From Podarcis tiliguerta (taxonomy: Eukaryota): DNA of 64,000 nt. Where the stretch lies: assembly GCA_965153285.1 (NCBI GenBank), contig OZ229116.1; one strand, written 5' to 3'. Below the pieces are notes generated by a model. The model saw nothing but the letters and a program-made list of their open reading frames with translations. It was not told where the DNA came from and searched no databases. This document shows, in pieces, positions 13,601 through 24,940 of this stretch. The number at the start of each line of letters is the position of its first letter. Positions within the stretch are counted from its first letter, which is position 1. The position numbers and the translations under genes were made by a program.

Positions 13601-15810
13601 TAATGTTCATAACAACGTGGACTTCATATCTACCATGGAAGGTAATGTAAATCAGAAATGCAGAAGCCTTTTCTGCTGAGGGCAGCATTCCTGGGGGCGG
13701 GGGGCTGCTGCTCCTCCCTCCTAGCCCAGTGAGTTGCTGGGGTGTGTCTATGTGTGTGACATGTTACTCTTGCCAGAGATCTGAACCAGTGGGTTACAAA
13801 GGACTTTCCTTCTCCTCCTCCTCCTTTCATTGCTCCATCAGTTCTACCCTTCCACCCCTCTTCTCTCCCTCTGGGCCTGAATATTGCCTCTGCCACACCA
13901 AACTCACTGAGTGGCTAGCCATTCTGTCTCAGGGCCCCCACCTGCAAAATGGAGGTAATAGCCCTGACCTACCTTGGAGTTTGTAAGGTTGTTGGTCGGC
14001 ATCCATCTGTCTTGGGGAGCATGCATGAAGTGTTTTGGACGCAACCCAAGCTCTATTTAAATGCTTGTTGTTAATGGTAATATTTTGTGTGAAATTCCTT
14101 TATAATCTTGGTTAGAACTATAAATCCTGCATCCAAACTTTTAAGAGAAACTTGTTGTCTTATGTGTGTGAATTGATGGAAACCAATTGGTTATTTTCTA
14201 GCTCACAAATATCCTGTGTACGGCGTCCAGTGGCATCCAGAAAAAAATCCATATGAATGGAAGAACTCAACAGGCATTCCACATTCCAAGGCAGCTGTAA
14301 AAGTCACATACTACATTGCTGACTTCTTAGTCAGTGAAGGTATTAAAAGTTTTTAGATGGCAGTTGTGAAATTTCACCTGAAAGGAGAAACACTTGTATG
14401 TTGAGTGGCAGTTTTTTCTTACAACTAAACTGTGAAAATATAAATTGGAATAGTTAGTGGCAGTGCAACCACATATTCTGATTAAAGAAAAATTAGACAA
14501 AACAGTGCCAGCTTTTATCCACACAATGCGGGGGACAATATTCGAGTCGTATCCCATGTTTTCACTTGCTCGCTGGACTTTCTCCTCCCTCTACCTGGTT
14601 GGGGGAACCCCAGATCAGCTTAGGCAGAGTGGGGAGGGTTGAGAGAGGGAGCAGGTAAGTTCTGTTGCAGAGACGGGGGTGTCCTTGCACCAACAGAACT
14701 TCACTGAATGCAGTCCTTAATGTTTTGATCTTAACCATTGAGCAGAGAGACCTAGTCAAAGGAACTGTAGAATTTTTGAGATTAGTAGTAAAGGCAGGCA
14801 TCTTCTAGGGTTGTCTTGCTCTTGACATGCTGGTTTTAGAACAACATCTCCAGAAAAGCTTGCTTGGTGCCATCCTTACCATCTCTTTCTTTTAATTATC
14901 CAGGCCTTTTCATACAACTTGAGTGTTTACAGTGCCTCTTAGTCTTTACAATTCGTGTTTTACTATATATAGGCCAGAAAAAGAACAAAAAATTAATGCC
15001 GCTTTCATTGTTTTGAATTATGTTTTACTTTTCCAACTTTTGAGAGCTACCCACAGAACATAAGTTATAGGGTGGCCGTTCAAGTTAATAAATACCAAAA
15101 AATTGGTCTGGATGGCTGGTTATTGGAAGCTGCAGTACTCAGACTGCTTGTTCCATCCCAATATCATTGGTGTCAAGAGGACTACACTAGCTTAGGGTTG
15201 CCATAGATCCAGGATTTCCGGGATTTGTCCATTGAAAAGAGTGTCGGGGCGGAATTTCTGAAAATTGGTAAAAATGTCTGGGAAAACTCGGACATATGGC
15301 AGCCCTACCCTAGAGAAGTCCCCTTGACACAAATGATACTGGGGTTTTTTTTTGGGCAAAGCTGAACTATTGTCTTGTGGCTACCTAACATCTTGCTCTA
15401 GACTAATTTCTTAAGGTTGATTTCAGCAGAACATACATCCTATGTGCGTTTGTGTGGCAGAATGTTCTTTTTTTAAAAAAAGTGGGAGGGGGGATTTTTT
15501 GTTGTCTTCTAAGAGAGAGGGAGCCCTGTGTGTGGCTGGCACTTCCTGCAAGTGCCTCTGAGACCATTAATTCTCTGTGTGACCCAAGTCTTACATTTAG
15601 TCTAGGATTGCTGAAGTGCATTTTACAATATTTGTTCTTTCACTATTGATAACATGGACATAATCTGCATTTCTCCAATGTTTTGCAGCCCGGAAGAGCA
15701 ACCACCGTTTTGCCAACAAAAGTGAGGAGACCAACGCACTGATCTATAATTTTAACCCCGTTTTCACAGGGCCATTTTCCTCCTTTGATCAAGCTTATTT
15801 CTTTGATTAA
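4457..15810 (+). CDS. GGH: Gamma-glutamyl hydrolase, complete spliced CDS: join(4457-4589,7059-7173,7664-7714,9005-9089,9550-9688,13225-13331,13551-13641,14202-14339,15689-15810) = 981 nt, 326 aa
   Basis: Nine GT-AG exons splice into one open frame: signal peptide, RPIIGILAQ, [19 protein letters not shown], INGILYPGG, nucleophile WGTCLG, NFH, catalytic QWHPEK, C-terminal YFFD*. Exon sizes (115,51,85,139,107,91,138) match the vertebrate GGH structure as I recall it. Confidence 0.97.
6830..6892 (+). repeat. (CTG)9(CGG)3(CTG)4(CGG)(CTG)4 trinucleotide repeat, GGH intron 1
   Basis: Read directly from the sequence. Confidence 0.95.
7059..7173 (+). CDS. GGH: GGH exon 2 (ILAQETDF...ARVVPIR)
   Basis: Acceptor tttctag, donor gtaagc, conserved [15 protein letters not shown]. 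Confidence 0.96.
7290..7480 (+). mobile_element. Old MIR/CORE-like SINE (similar remnants at ~31995-32185 and ~54090-54200)
   Basis: tRNA-like head, GGTTCAAA box, GTTGTTGTGAAGATT core end. Confidence 0.5.
7664..7714 (+). CDS. GGH: GGH exon 3 ([17 protein letters not shown])
   Basis: Acceptor cctccag, donor gtaagc, 51 nt, phases compatible with neighbours. Confidence 0.95.
8415..8770 (+). mobile_element. Sauria SINE (GGH intron 3, more diverged subfamily)
   Basis: Homologous to the other copies; ends tttacctttacc. Confidence 0.88.
9005..9089 (+). CDS. GGH: GGH exon 4 (ILYPGGGV...NKALE)
   Basis: PGG oxyanion motif; ttag acceptor, gtaaat donor. Confidence 0.95.
9255..9379 (-). mobile_element. 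tRNA-Lys-derived SINE with CR1-type tail
   Basis: Head resembles tRNA-Lys(CTT) (AGCTCAGTTGGTAGAGCATGAGGCTCTTAA...GGTTCAAGCCC) fused to GGGGGTTGGACTAGATGACC. Confidence 0.75.
9550..9688 (+). CDS. GGH: GGH exon 5 ([18 protein letters not shown]...LNFTP), contains catalytic Cys
   Basis: [11 protein letters not shown] motif; tttccag acceptor, gtaaaa donor. Confidence 0.97.
11839..12078. mobile_element. Tigger/pogo-like MITE
   Basis: Degenerate TIRs (AGTCAAACCTC...GAGGTTTAACT) flanked by TA. Confidence 0.7.
12476..12994 (-). mobile_element. Solo LTR in GGH intron 5
   Basis: TG...CA ends; 5-bp TSD aaata (12471-12475, 12995-12999); - strand TATAAAAA (12798-12791) upstream of AGTAAA (12612-12607). 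Confidence 0.7.
13225..13331 (+). CDS. GGH: GGH exon 6 ([11 protein letters not shown]...[15 protein letters not shown])
   Basis: Poly-T tract then taag acceptor; EPLTxNFH motif; gtactt donor. Confidence 0.95.
13551..13641 (+). CDS. GGH: GGH exon 7 ([18 protein letters not shown]...FISTME)
   Basis: cttacag acceptor, gtaatg donor; FISTME motif. Confidence 0.96.
14202..14339 (+). CDS. GGH: GGH exon 8 ([14 protein letters not shown]...FLVSE), contains catalytic His/Glu
   Basis: [12 protein letters not shown] motif; ttctag acceptor, gtatta donor. Confidence 0.97.
15193..15307. mobile_element. Short hAT-like MITE (TAGGGTTGCCA...TGGCAGCCCTA); related copy at ~26406-26520
   Basis: Terminal inverted repeats; two homologous copies. 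Confidence 0.65.
15689..15810 (+). CDS. GGH: GGH exon 9 coding part (ARKSNHRF...LIYNFNP...YFFD*)
   Basis: ttttgcag acceptor; ARKxxHxF and LIY motifs; TAA at 15808-15810. Confidence 0.96.
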
Positions 15811-18087
15811 ATTTCCAGCCAGAAATAGGGGAGAGGTGGTCTTAGAAATGATGTAGCTGTGGCATCTTTCAGGATTAAACACACACAGTGAATTACAAAG
15901 AGCCAAGATGACAAGATTGCTTACAAGCTCTTCTGAATTAATTTTTCCAGTCCTCTCTGTTGAATTGCACTTTTTTTTTTGTTCTGCTGTGGCACAATCA
16001 GCCGACAAGAACCCCTTTGAAAACCCCATTGAAGTCCATGTGTCTCAAATTACTAATTCAGTGTGAGGACAACAGTTGCAACCCTTACACAAGTTTTGTG
16101 AAACTTATTAGGACTCTATCCCACCTTTCAGACACCATGAAACTCAAGACGCTTTCCCTCGCCTTATGTACGGCATTGCTGCGCGGTAAATGCTCTATTT
16201 ACAGACGGGTCTTGTAATTGTAACTGCTAGCACTTTTTAATCCACATGACAGAGAAATGTTAAGTCCTCTTTTTGTGCACCAGTGTGAATTTTAAAACCT
16301 TATTTATTTGAAAATATTGAAGATGCCAGTCTTCATGTGGCTTGAAGCAAATGAATGTTCATCTATGATCAGAGAATCTATTTCTGTTCATAATAAGCTG
16401 TATTATTACTAGTTTGATATAAACATGTGCAGGTATCAGCCTTTTGATAAAGGACAGGATTCTCCTTGAAAGTACATAAAGGATTCCTGTTTGTCTTTCC
16501 TTTCCCCCCCGGCTCCCCAGATTCAGCATAGACTAATCTCCTGTGGTTTCTTCCTTTACTTTCTCTTTGTGCTTTAAATCATGCTGCTTTTCCAGGTCTG
16601 GATCAGACACTCTCACCCATGCCACTGATCAAGATTCCGCCTTCTCTCCTGTTTCCCTTAAGGAAACAATCCGAATGTTCCCTGAAAAAACGTTATCCTT
16701 TTTTTAAAAAACACATGTTTTATTTCCTGCTCTTCAGAGAACTCGAGCCTTGGGGTTCCACTGAACAGGTCCCTACCACATTCATTTAAAGGATTTTTAT
16801 ACAGCCTTTGATGTAGCATTCCAAGCCAGTGTATGACAAAAAAGTGACAACAACTTAATACATTAAAACAGCAATAAGAAAAACTACAGGACAATAAAAA
16901 TACAGCAGCAATTCAGAGCAAATTGAAACCAGAACCCCATCCTCTGGGATTAAACACCAGTAAAAGTTTAAATTTAAAATACCTCACAATTCCTCTGCAC
17001 ACTGGGACATAGCTCAACCATTGCTGTAGAGGCCCTTAACGCCCGGCCTTGTTGGTATTATTGTGGCTGCCCTTCTATGTGCCACTTCTACCCAACTGCT
17101 TCCTTACAAATTGGGTCCTGTGCTGCCTCTCCAACCTGAATGTGATGGGATCTATGTCAGTTCTGCGCAGTCTAGGCACTGGTGCTAAGTAAAACTGCCT
17201 AAGTTGATGTAATCCTGCATACGTCTACTCAAAAGTTAGCACTGTTGAGTTCACTGAGGCCTACTTTCAGCTAACTGAGAACAGCCTTTAATACAACGGG
17301 ATTAGTTATATTAATACTTGATCGGATAAAAGGTGGTACCTGCCCTATAAGGTGGTTAGTAACAGTTTTGAAGTCACACAGGGAATACCTCATCTAAGAT
17401 GGTGATGTGTCACATTGAGACCTAAGAGTTTTCTGCAGAGCAGTTGGGTTTGTTCACATAGAAATGCATGCAGATTTGACTGAATGACAGGTGTCTCTTG
17501 CTTGGATGGCAGCTCAGGTGCTATTAGCTGTAATTTGTACATTTCAGTCGACTGTATATTTATATTAAGCATTGTGATTAAACATTCCAAGATGAAGTAA
17601 TATCAGAGATAGGATTTTCATATACCAGAAGCAATTTGCCAGTTTGAAAGCCTGAATTCTTGCCTGAAACGCGCATAGACATTCTGCTCTCTGCATCGTC
17701 TTGAGCCCCATTTTGCTGAAAAGTCTGATGCAAGCCATTTTGTTCTTGGAGATTGTTGGGCCTCTGCACTAGATCCAAATGGCCACAAGAGCATGTGTTT
17801 CCCTTCATAGCCTGTGTGAAGGGAAAGCTCTGTGCTTTAATGAGGCCCATTTTTTAGCCTTCTCCGTAACTGAATGTGGCAGACATATGCACATACTTAC
17901 AACCTTTGGGCTTTGGGATGTTCCACCAGAAGTGAATTCCAGATGAGACTTTACCAGTCATAGGACTATTTATTTCTCTCTTTGATCATGTTTTATCATT
18001 GCACTTTTCCTGTACCTGTTTGCCTTTAGAATGCTTAAATGATAATAGACACATAGGCTGGGCTCAAAATTGAACCTAATGTAAAAT

Positions 18088-18093
18088 AATAAA
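18088..18093 (+). terminator. Candidate GGH poly(A) signal AATAAA (alternatives at 16893 and 18432)
   Basis: AATAAA followed by a T/GT-rich tract. Confidence 0.35.
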
Positions 18094-18139
18094 AAATGAA
18101 TGTGGATATATTTGTCTTTTTTAAAAACCCTGTTAAATA

Positions 18140-18365
18140 CAGTGTTACCTCGGGTTAAGTACTTAATTCGTTCCGGAGGTCCATTCTTAACCTGAAACTG
18201 TTCTTAACCTGAAGCACCACTTTAGCTAATGGGGCCTCCTGCTGCTGCTGTGCTGCTGGAGCACAATTTTTGTTCTCATCCTGAAGCAAAGTTCTTAACC
18301 CGAGGTACTATTTCTGGGTTAGCGGAATCTGTAACCTGAAGCGTATGTAACCCGAGGTACCACTG
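18140..18365. mobile_element. Tigger/pogo-like MITE
   Basis: TIRs CAGTG(T/G)TACCTCGGGTTA; TA TSD. Confidence 0.88.
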
Positions 18366-18698
18366 TACTGAGATTAAACTATCCACTTGAAACCAAGCAG
18401 GTACCCTTCTTACTTGCTATTCCTGCTGTTGAATAAAGGAAAATACCACAGACTCAATAGTGCTTGCTGGTAGTAATTCATGTCAAGCATTTTTACCATA
18501 TGGACAACTTTCACTATGAAAGGGATGGAAGATGGGGAGGGCAGGGATTGCCAGCTTCCTCCCAAACCTTCAAGAATGGCATTTATCACTGCGCTGAGAG
18601 CTACTTATCTTTAAAAATATATATTAGAGTATCTTTTCTTGGGTAGCAACAGCTCCTCTAACTAGGTCTATATTAGTGGGGAGCTACACTGCTTCCAG

Positions 18699-19051
18699 GG
18701 GACGCGGGTGGCGCTGTGGGTTAAACCACAGAGCCTAGGGCTTGCTGATCAGAAGGTCAGCAGTTTGAATCCCCGTGACGGGTTGAGCTCCCGTTGCTCG
18801 GTCCCTGCTCCTGCCAACCTAGCAGTTCAAAAGCACGTCAAAGTGCAAGTAGATAAATAGGTACCGCTCCAGCGGGAAGGTAAACGGCGTTTCCGTGCGC
18901 TGCTCTGGTTCGCCAGTAGCGGCTTAGTCATGCTGGCCACATGACCCGGAAGCTGTACGCCGGCTCCCTCAGCCAATAAAGCGAGATGAGCGCTGCAACC
19001 CCAGAGTCAGTCACGACTGGACCTAATGGTCAGGGGTCCCTTTACCTTTTT
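18699..19051 (+). mobile_element. Sauria SINE, full length
   Basis: Starts GGGACGCGGGTGGCGCTGTGG; 14-bp TSD tacactgcttccag at 18685-18698 and 19052-19065. Confidence 0.93.
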
Positions 19052-20040
19052 TACACTGCTTCCAGAGCTATAACATGGGTGAGTGGAGTAGAGGCTGGTT
19101 GTGACTCTGACTGTTTCAGACAGGAAGTTGCTTCATGCGAGTCCCCTTTAGTCAAGGACCGCTTTGACTCAAGACAGAGGCAGAGTCTCACTTTAGCTTT
19201 CTTTTCCCATGTATGTCAATGGAGATAGCACTGCCTCCATCAAGTTCCTTGGGGCAGAATATAGAAGGTATCCCTGAAAATGGTGGGGAGAAGTATTGGG
19301 GAAAACACACTCCTTGGCAAGGGGTGAACTTATCCAGCAGGCATTTTTGGAGGGGCAGATTCCCACCCCACCCCCTCCAGAGAAGGAGACAGCACTTTGA
19401 CATCAGCAGACGTCTATAGAGAGAAAGGCTTTGAAGAGTTGTGTGTTTATCTGCTCTAGGCTCTTTTGGGAAATGTGTGCTTTTCCTTGGACTGAGGACT
19501 GACTACCTCCAAGAAAGCGCCCCTACCCTTTGGTTCCATATTCATCCAAAGCTGATGCACACATCTCCTCCCAACCCAGGCTTTATGGGGAGGGGGATTT
19601 TTAATGGGGAGGAGGAAGATGAAGAAGGGAGACAGAAACTAGTCTCATGCTTTATTTTAAGAACAAGCAAAACACATCTTGCCCATGTTCTTGTAAGCCG
19701 ATATTGCATTTCCTTCCTTAATTGTGCAAATTTCCTATCAAAGATTTGGAGCTTGAAATGCTATGCATTTCTTCAGGCCAGAGATAAAGTATGACTTCAG
19801 TTCACATGCATAACAGATTGGTGCAGAACTAGGTCATTACTAGTTCAGAACAATGTGACGACTATGACAATGATTTCCTACTTTTCTGGCCTGATATGTT
19901 TCAGTGAGCCCATGCACCCTTTGGAATGAGAAAAAAAAACAAACAACAATACACCCTTGTACTATTTTATGTTTGGCACTAGATGGCTCACATGAACCAT
20001 CTTACTAAATTCTCATTTTGATAAACAACCAAAACTGCCT

Positions 20041-20044
20041 CTCC

Positions 20045-20086
<42 letters not shown>
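20041..20086. repeat. (CT)n microsatellite
   Basis: Read directly from the sequence. Confidence 0.9.
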
Positions 20087-20089
<3 letters not shown>

Positions 20090-23000
20090 TAAAACCTTCA
20101 GAAAAAGTTTATTGTATAATACTATTTTCATTTTTGTCGATATTGGCAAGCACACTTCTCCATGCTGGAATAATTCAATGGAAGAGTAATGTATTAAAAA
20201 ATAATAGTGGAAAGCATTACACTGCTACAGGTAAGTATCTTTTAACTTAAGAACTTTAGATTTGGCTACATTATCTTCTAAGTTCTCCTTAATTTCCAAA
20301 GTGAGGAGGGATTTATTCAAAGCATCTGTGTGTTGTGTACATTTATTTGGGATTTGTTCGCAAATAAATGTGCATAGGATTGCAGACATTATTTGAGTTG
20401 AAGCTGATGGGATTCTGAGGTTCTGAGGTTTGGCTGGATTTCAAAAATTATACAAAGAACCAGAAATTCAGCCTTGTAGGTAGAATGCAAGCAGAGGTGC
20501 CTTTCCCAGCTGTACCCAAAAGTCTGTTTAGATACTGCAGTTTATTCTGCATCTGTGTGTGTTGCTGAGGATGTGCAGCTTGAGGACGATAACCTTTACA
20601 ATTGTCAATTGTATTTACTTAATTATCATTGTTCCTTTTATAACACTAATCCTGTTTCACCCAGTTGGCCACCACCCTAAAATGATATGAGGAAACTGGA
20701 CTTCGGCTAAGCTTACTAAGACTAGGCAAAACTGTCATGTCACTGTGCCAAAGGTTTAGTGAAACACAGTTCTAAATACAGAGGCAGGAGAGAAATAATA
20801 GAGTTCAGATGATTGTATGCAAGATGAAAACTCATCAAGGTATAAGCGGGGAAAACTTACAAACATGTTGCAGTATGATTAAAAGAATAATGCAATCAAA
20901 AGCAGAAAGGAACTGATAAAGCGACTAATAAATGAGAATAAAATTAAGCCCTGCCTTAAGCTGACACAGTTAACCTTGTCCTGAATTTAGAGTTTGTGAG
21001 TGTTATTAGAGTGCCAGTCTTTAAGACATCTGAAACTGCCAGTTTAGCATCTTCAAAGCACATACACCTAATATCGTGCCAACAGTGGGCTCCATTTTGG
21101 AACTTTTTAGTCCATTGCTAGTTTGGGGGACTAGGAAGACAAAGAAAAAGAGATGTTGCGATTTCCATAACTACATTAGTTAAAGGGCAATCATATAACT
21201 ATGTGAACATGAGTTGTGATATTTGCAGAAGGGAGAGTGTCACAAATGCTGCCCTCTCCGCCACAATGTATTAAATCCCCTGTGAATATCAGAGCAGATG
21301 GAAACAACCTGAGTGAATGGGTAGTTGTATGAATAAATACACATATAGTCTTCTCATTTAACTTCTATGACCTTTCCTGTAAATGATGGTGCTGTAGGGG
21401 CCAATCCTTTCTAAGGTTACAGTCCTAGAGTCCCTTAGAAGAAGGCCACAGGGCGCCTTGCGTCCCTAACCTTCCCCCACCCGCTTTGGATTGCTCTACC
21501 CAAATGAAACCTCAAAGGCCCTTACTGAAACAATTTAAATTGGATTGCACAGCACATCCAAAAAGGGAAGCAATTAAAATTTAGGATGTTTCTTCTGCCT
21601 AATTAAACATCTGACAAGATGAGCCTAGTGCCACTCCTCTCCAATCTTCATTTTATTTGTTTAATTTTCTTCTGTATGAACACCTCATGTGTATGTCGTA
21701 AGCCATCTGTTGTTGCTGCTGACTCATTTGAGGGTGGCTGTGTTATGAGTCTGCAAAGCATTCTCATTTCAATGTATCAAGCATAGACATTTGGTCTCTA
21801 CAAGAAGCTGAATCTATCAGAGCCTTTCTGTTGGAAGGGCATTTCACAAATGATGGCACAGGCAGGTCTGCATTCAACACAGAATGGCGGCTAATCACAG
21901 TTCCTTTACCTATTATATATTTTGGAAAGCTGTTCACTATGCATTTGGGCTCTTCTTTGGATGGGGTGGGAAACCTTTCTGGCCTGGTGGGCCAGATCTT
22001 TATTTCCCGCCAGCCTGTGGGGCAACTTTGACACTCACCCCTGGCCTGCAGGGAGGATACTCACCAAACAGGACTGAGGCAAAAATCCCCACCCAGATGG
22101 TGGGTGAGTGTGGGGGTTTCAATCCTACTTTCTCCAAGATTGAGTGCACAAGAGAATTCTCTGTGATGAACTCACACACACCCAAACCAACAACAAAGCA
22201 CCTAAAACAGATAACTTGATTATGTATTGTGAACCTCAGAGTAGAGGGTGTTCTAGGCAGTAAGAACAATCATGGAAATTTTCTGCTTCCAGGTGTCCTG
22301 AACCCCTGGCCTACCTGGCAGCAAGTCAGTATGTCAAGTCCCCAGTCCAGGTTCAATCCACATGTCCAAAGTCCAGACTGAAGCACAGTCCCACAGAGAT
22401 CCTGGAGTATCCAAGCTGAGATCCATCAACATGGGCATCTGAGCAGACACAGCCCCTCAGCTCTGCTTTCTTTTTGTGCTTTGCAAGCTGATTGCAACAT
22501 CTGGGCTTGATGAGGCAGGTAGCCCTCAACTGCTCCAAGCCTACACCTGCTGAGGAATCACACACCACCTCCCAGAGCTAGTGAGCCCACCTGGTCAGCT
22601 AGGGAGCTGGGCTGTGGGCCCTTGCCTGTCTCAACCTCCTGGAGTGCCCTGCCTGCTGCTCCCTACGCCTCAGAGCCTGCCATGTTTGTGGAGACAGGCC
22701 CCCCCTGGCTCTGGCAATGGGCACTGCTGCTTTGGTTCCTGTGCACTGACGCCCTCACCATCCTCTGTAACCTTGTGAGTATTTCCTACACTAACCTCTG
22801 CTTCCTCATCCCCTTCCTGCTGGGGGTGTCCCAGTCCCAGCTACACCCCTCACTGGGATCCTCTTACTCCTCTCTGTTGTCTTGCCAGTTGATGAGCTGG
22901 AATGGGAACTGGGTGTGCTGCACACATGATTCTTCCTTCTGCTTCAATGGCTTGCGTTGAATGCATGGAGCATTTTCGTACAACCTACATTCATGGCTTG

Positions 23001-24626
23001 AGAGGGGACCGGGGACTTGGATTGTGCCTGTTCCTACTGTGTGACTTACAACGAGCCTATTGAAAGAGAGATACCCTGTTCCTCAGGGTTGACCTTAAAG
23101 TGGGTCACAGAAAGCACTTGATCATATCTCATCCTTAACTCCACCAGTTCTCCAGGTATTCTGCAACTGTGCCTTTGCATCATTCTTTCCAGCTATGCAG
23201 CCTCCACAGCTGATTGTCTCCGAGCGACTTCTTGAAATATAATACAATAGCACAGCACATGCCATTATAATCTTAGAAAGACATTGCACAAGGAATACAG
23301 GAAGTTGCCTTATGTTAAATCAGGCTACAGTATTTGTCCACTTATTGTCAACACTGACTGGCAGCTTGGTGCAGATCTTTCCTAACGTCTGTGAATGGGC
23401 TCTTTTAACTAGAGAAGCCAGATATTAAACTTGGGACCCTCTGGCTTCTGTCAGCTCAGTGTGGACCTTGAACTCATAGTCTTGGTGTTCGTAGCACCAT
23501 GCTCTCACTAACTCAGCTAGCTAACAGACACAAACTAGCAGAGATTGCCTTAATATGCTTTATGATTAGGCCTCTTAGGCCCTGGTTTTCCCACTACGGT
23601 ATCAGGGAGCCTCTTTCTCCTTTAAGTCATCTGCGAGACATTAGTGGGTTCCAGCTCACACCAGCTGTCCATGCTGACTAGGGCTGATGAGAGTTGAAGT
23701 CCAACAGTACCTAGATGACATCAGGTCCACCACGCCTGACATAAAGGATTCTCAAGGATGTATAAAGAACATGGCCAGGCCTCTCATATGACCTTGCTAA
23801 GATAGGTTGAACATTAACACAACAATACAATTTGGAAAAACTGATCCCAACCAGTGGACTTTGGGCTCTCAATTTCAGCAGCACCCCATGCAACACTAAA
23901 ATTCGATGCTTCTCTCTTCTCACACTCCATTCTACATCATTGTTGCAGCGCCCCCTGTGGCACTGGTGTCCAGTGCAGCCGAAGCAGCTGGGAACTGTGA
24001 TTCTGTGAGGGGAGAACTACCATTCCCAGGGTTCTTTTGGGAAAGTAATGCACTTTAAATGTGTTATAGATGTCTTTTAAATATATGTTGTGGATCTGCT
24101 GTCAGTGGCACCTCAAACCTGACTGGAACCTACTGGGATTAATCTTGTTCATAAATATATATATCACACGGCACAGTGGGGCATGTACAATGATTCCACT
24201 GTATGAATGCCTGCATCCTAATATACAGACTTGGCGAGGCCCAAGAGTAAGCTGTAATTATGCTGCATTTCTGTCTAGAAATACAAGGCAATGCTCAAGT
24301 ATTGGGAGTGAAAATGTTTTTTACATTTACATCTTCTTTCTTTTTGTCCACCAAGATCATTGTGTTAAAATAATCTCCCATAGAAACTTAATTGAAAACC
24401 ATCTTGAGAACAAACCCTCATAGCAGTTGTGGGTGCAAAATCACATTTTCCTTAGAAAAAGCACAAATTAATTCCAGTTTCAGCATTTACAAACAAGCAT
24501 CTCCAAACATGAAATACAGTCAATGATTTGTGTGTTTTAACTTAATTGATTTACATATAATCCCTTTGGGATTTTATGCTTCTTGCATTAGGTGTCAGAC
24601 AGATGAATGGCTTTTAATTGCTTTTT

Positions 24627-24940
24627 AGAAGATCAAACCTATCCATTCTGAAGGAAATCAGCCCTGAGTGCTCACTGGAAGGACAGATCCTGAAGCTGAG
24701 GCTCCAGTACTTTGGCCACCTCATGAGAAGAAAAGACTCCCTGGAAAAGACCCTGATGTTGGGAAAGATTGAGGGCACAAGGAGGAGACGACAGGACAAG
24801 ATGGTTGGACAGTGTTCTCGAAGCTACGAACATGAGTTTGACCAAACTGCAGGAGGCAGTGGAAGACAGAAGTGCCTGGTGTGCTCTGGTCCATGGGGTC
24901 ATGAAGAGTCGGACATGACTAAACAACTAAACAACAACAA
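24627..24940 (+). mobile_element. Bov-B (RTE) LINE 3' fragment
   Basis: Encodes RSNLSILKEISPECSLEGQILKLRLQYFGHLMRR..SLEKTLMLGKIEG; (CAA)n tail. Confidence 0.93.

Noticed and set aside
16135-16215. Hairpin/SECIS-like structure in the GGH 3' UTR
   Set aside because: GGH has no in-frame TGA, and the SECIS core geometry is not satisfied.
23450-23525. tRNA-like sequence on - strand
   Set aside because: Degenerate, without an intact cloverleaf; likely a SINE head remnant.
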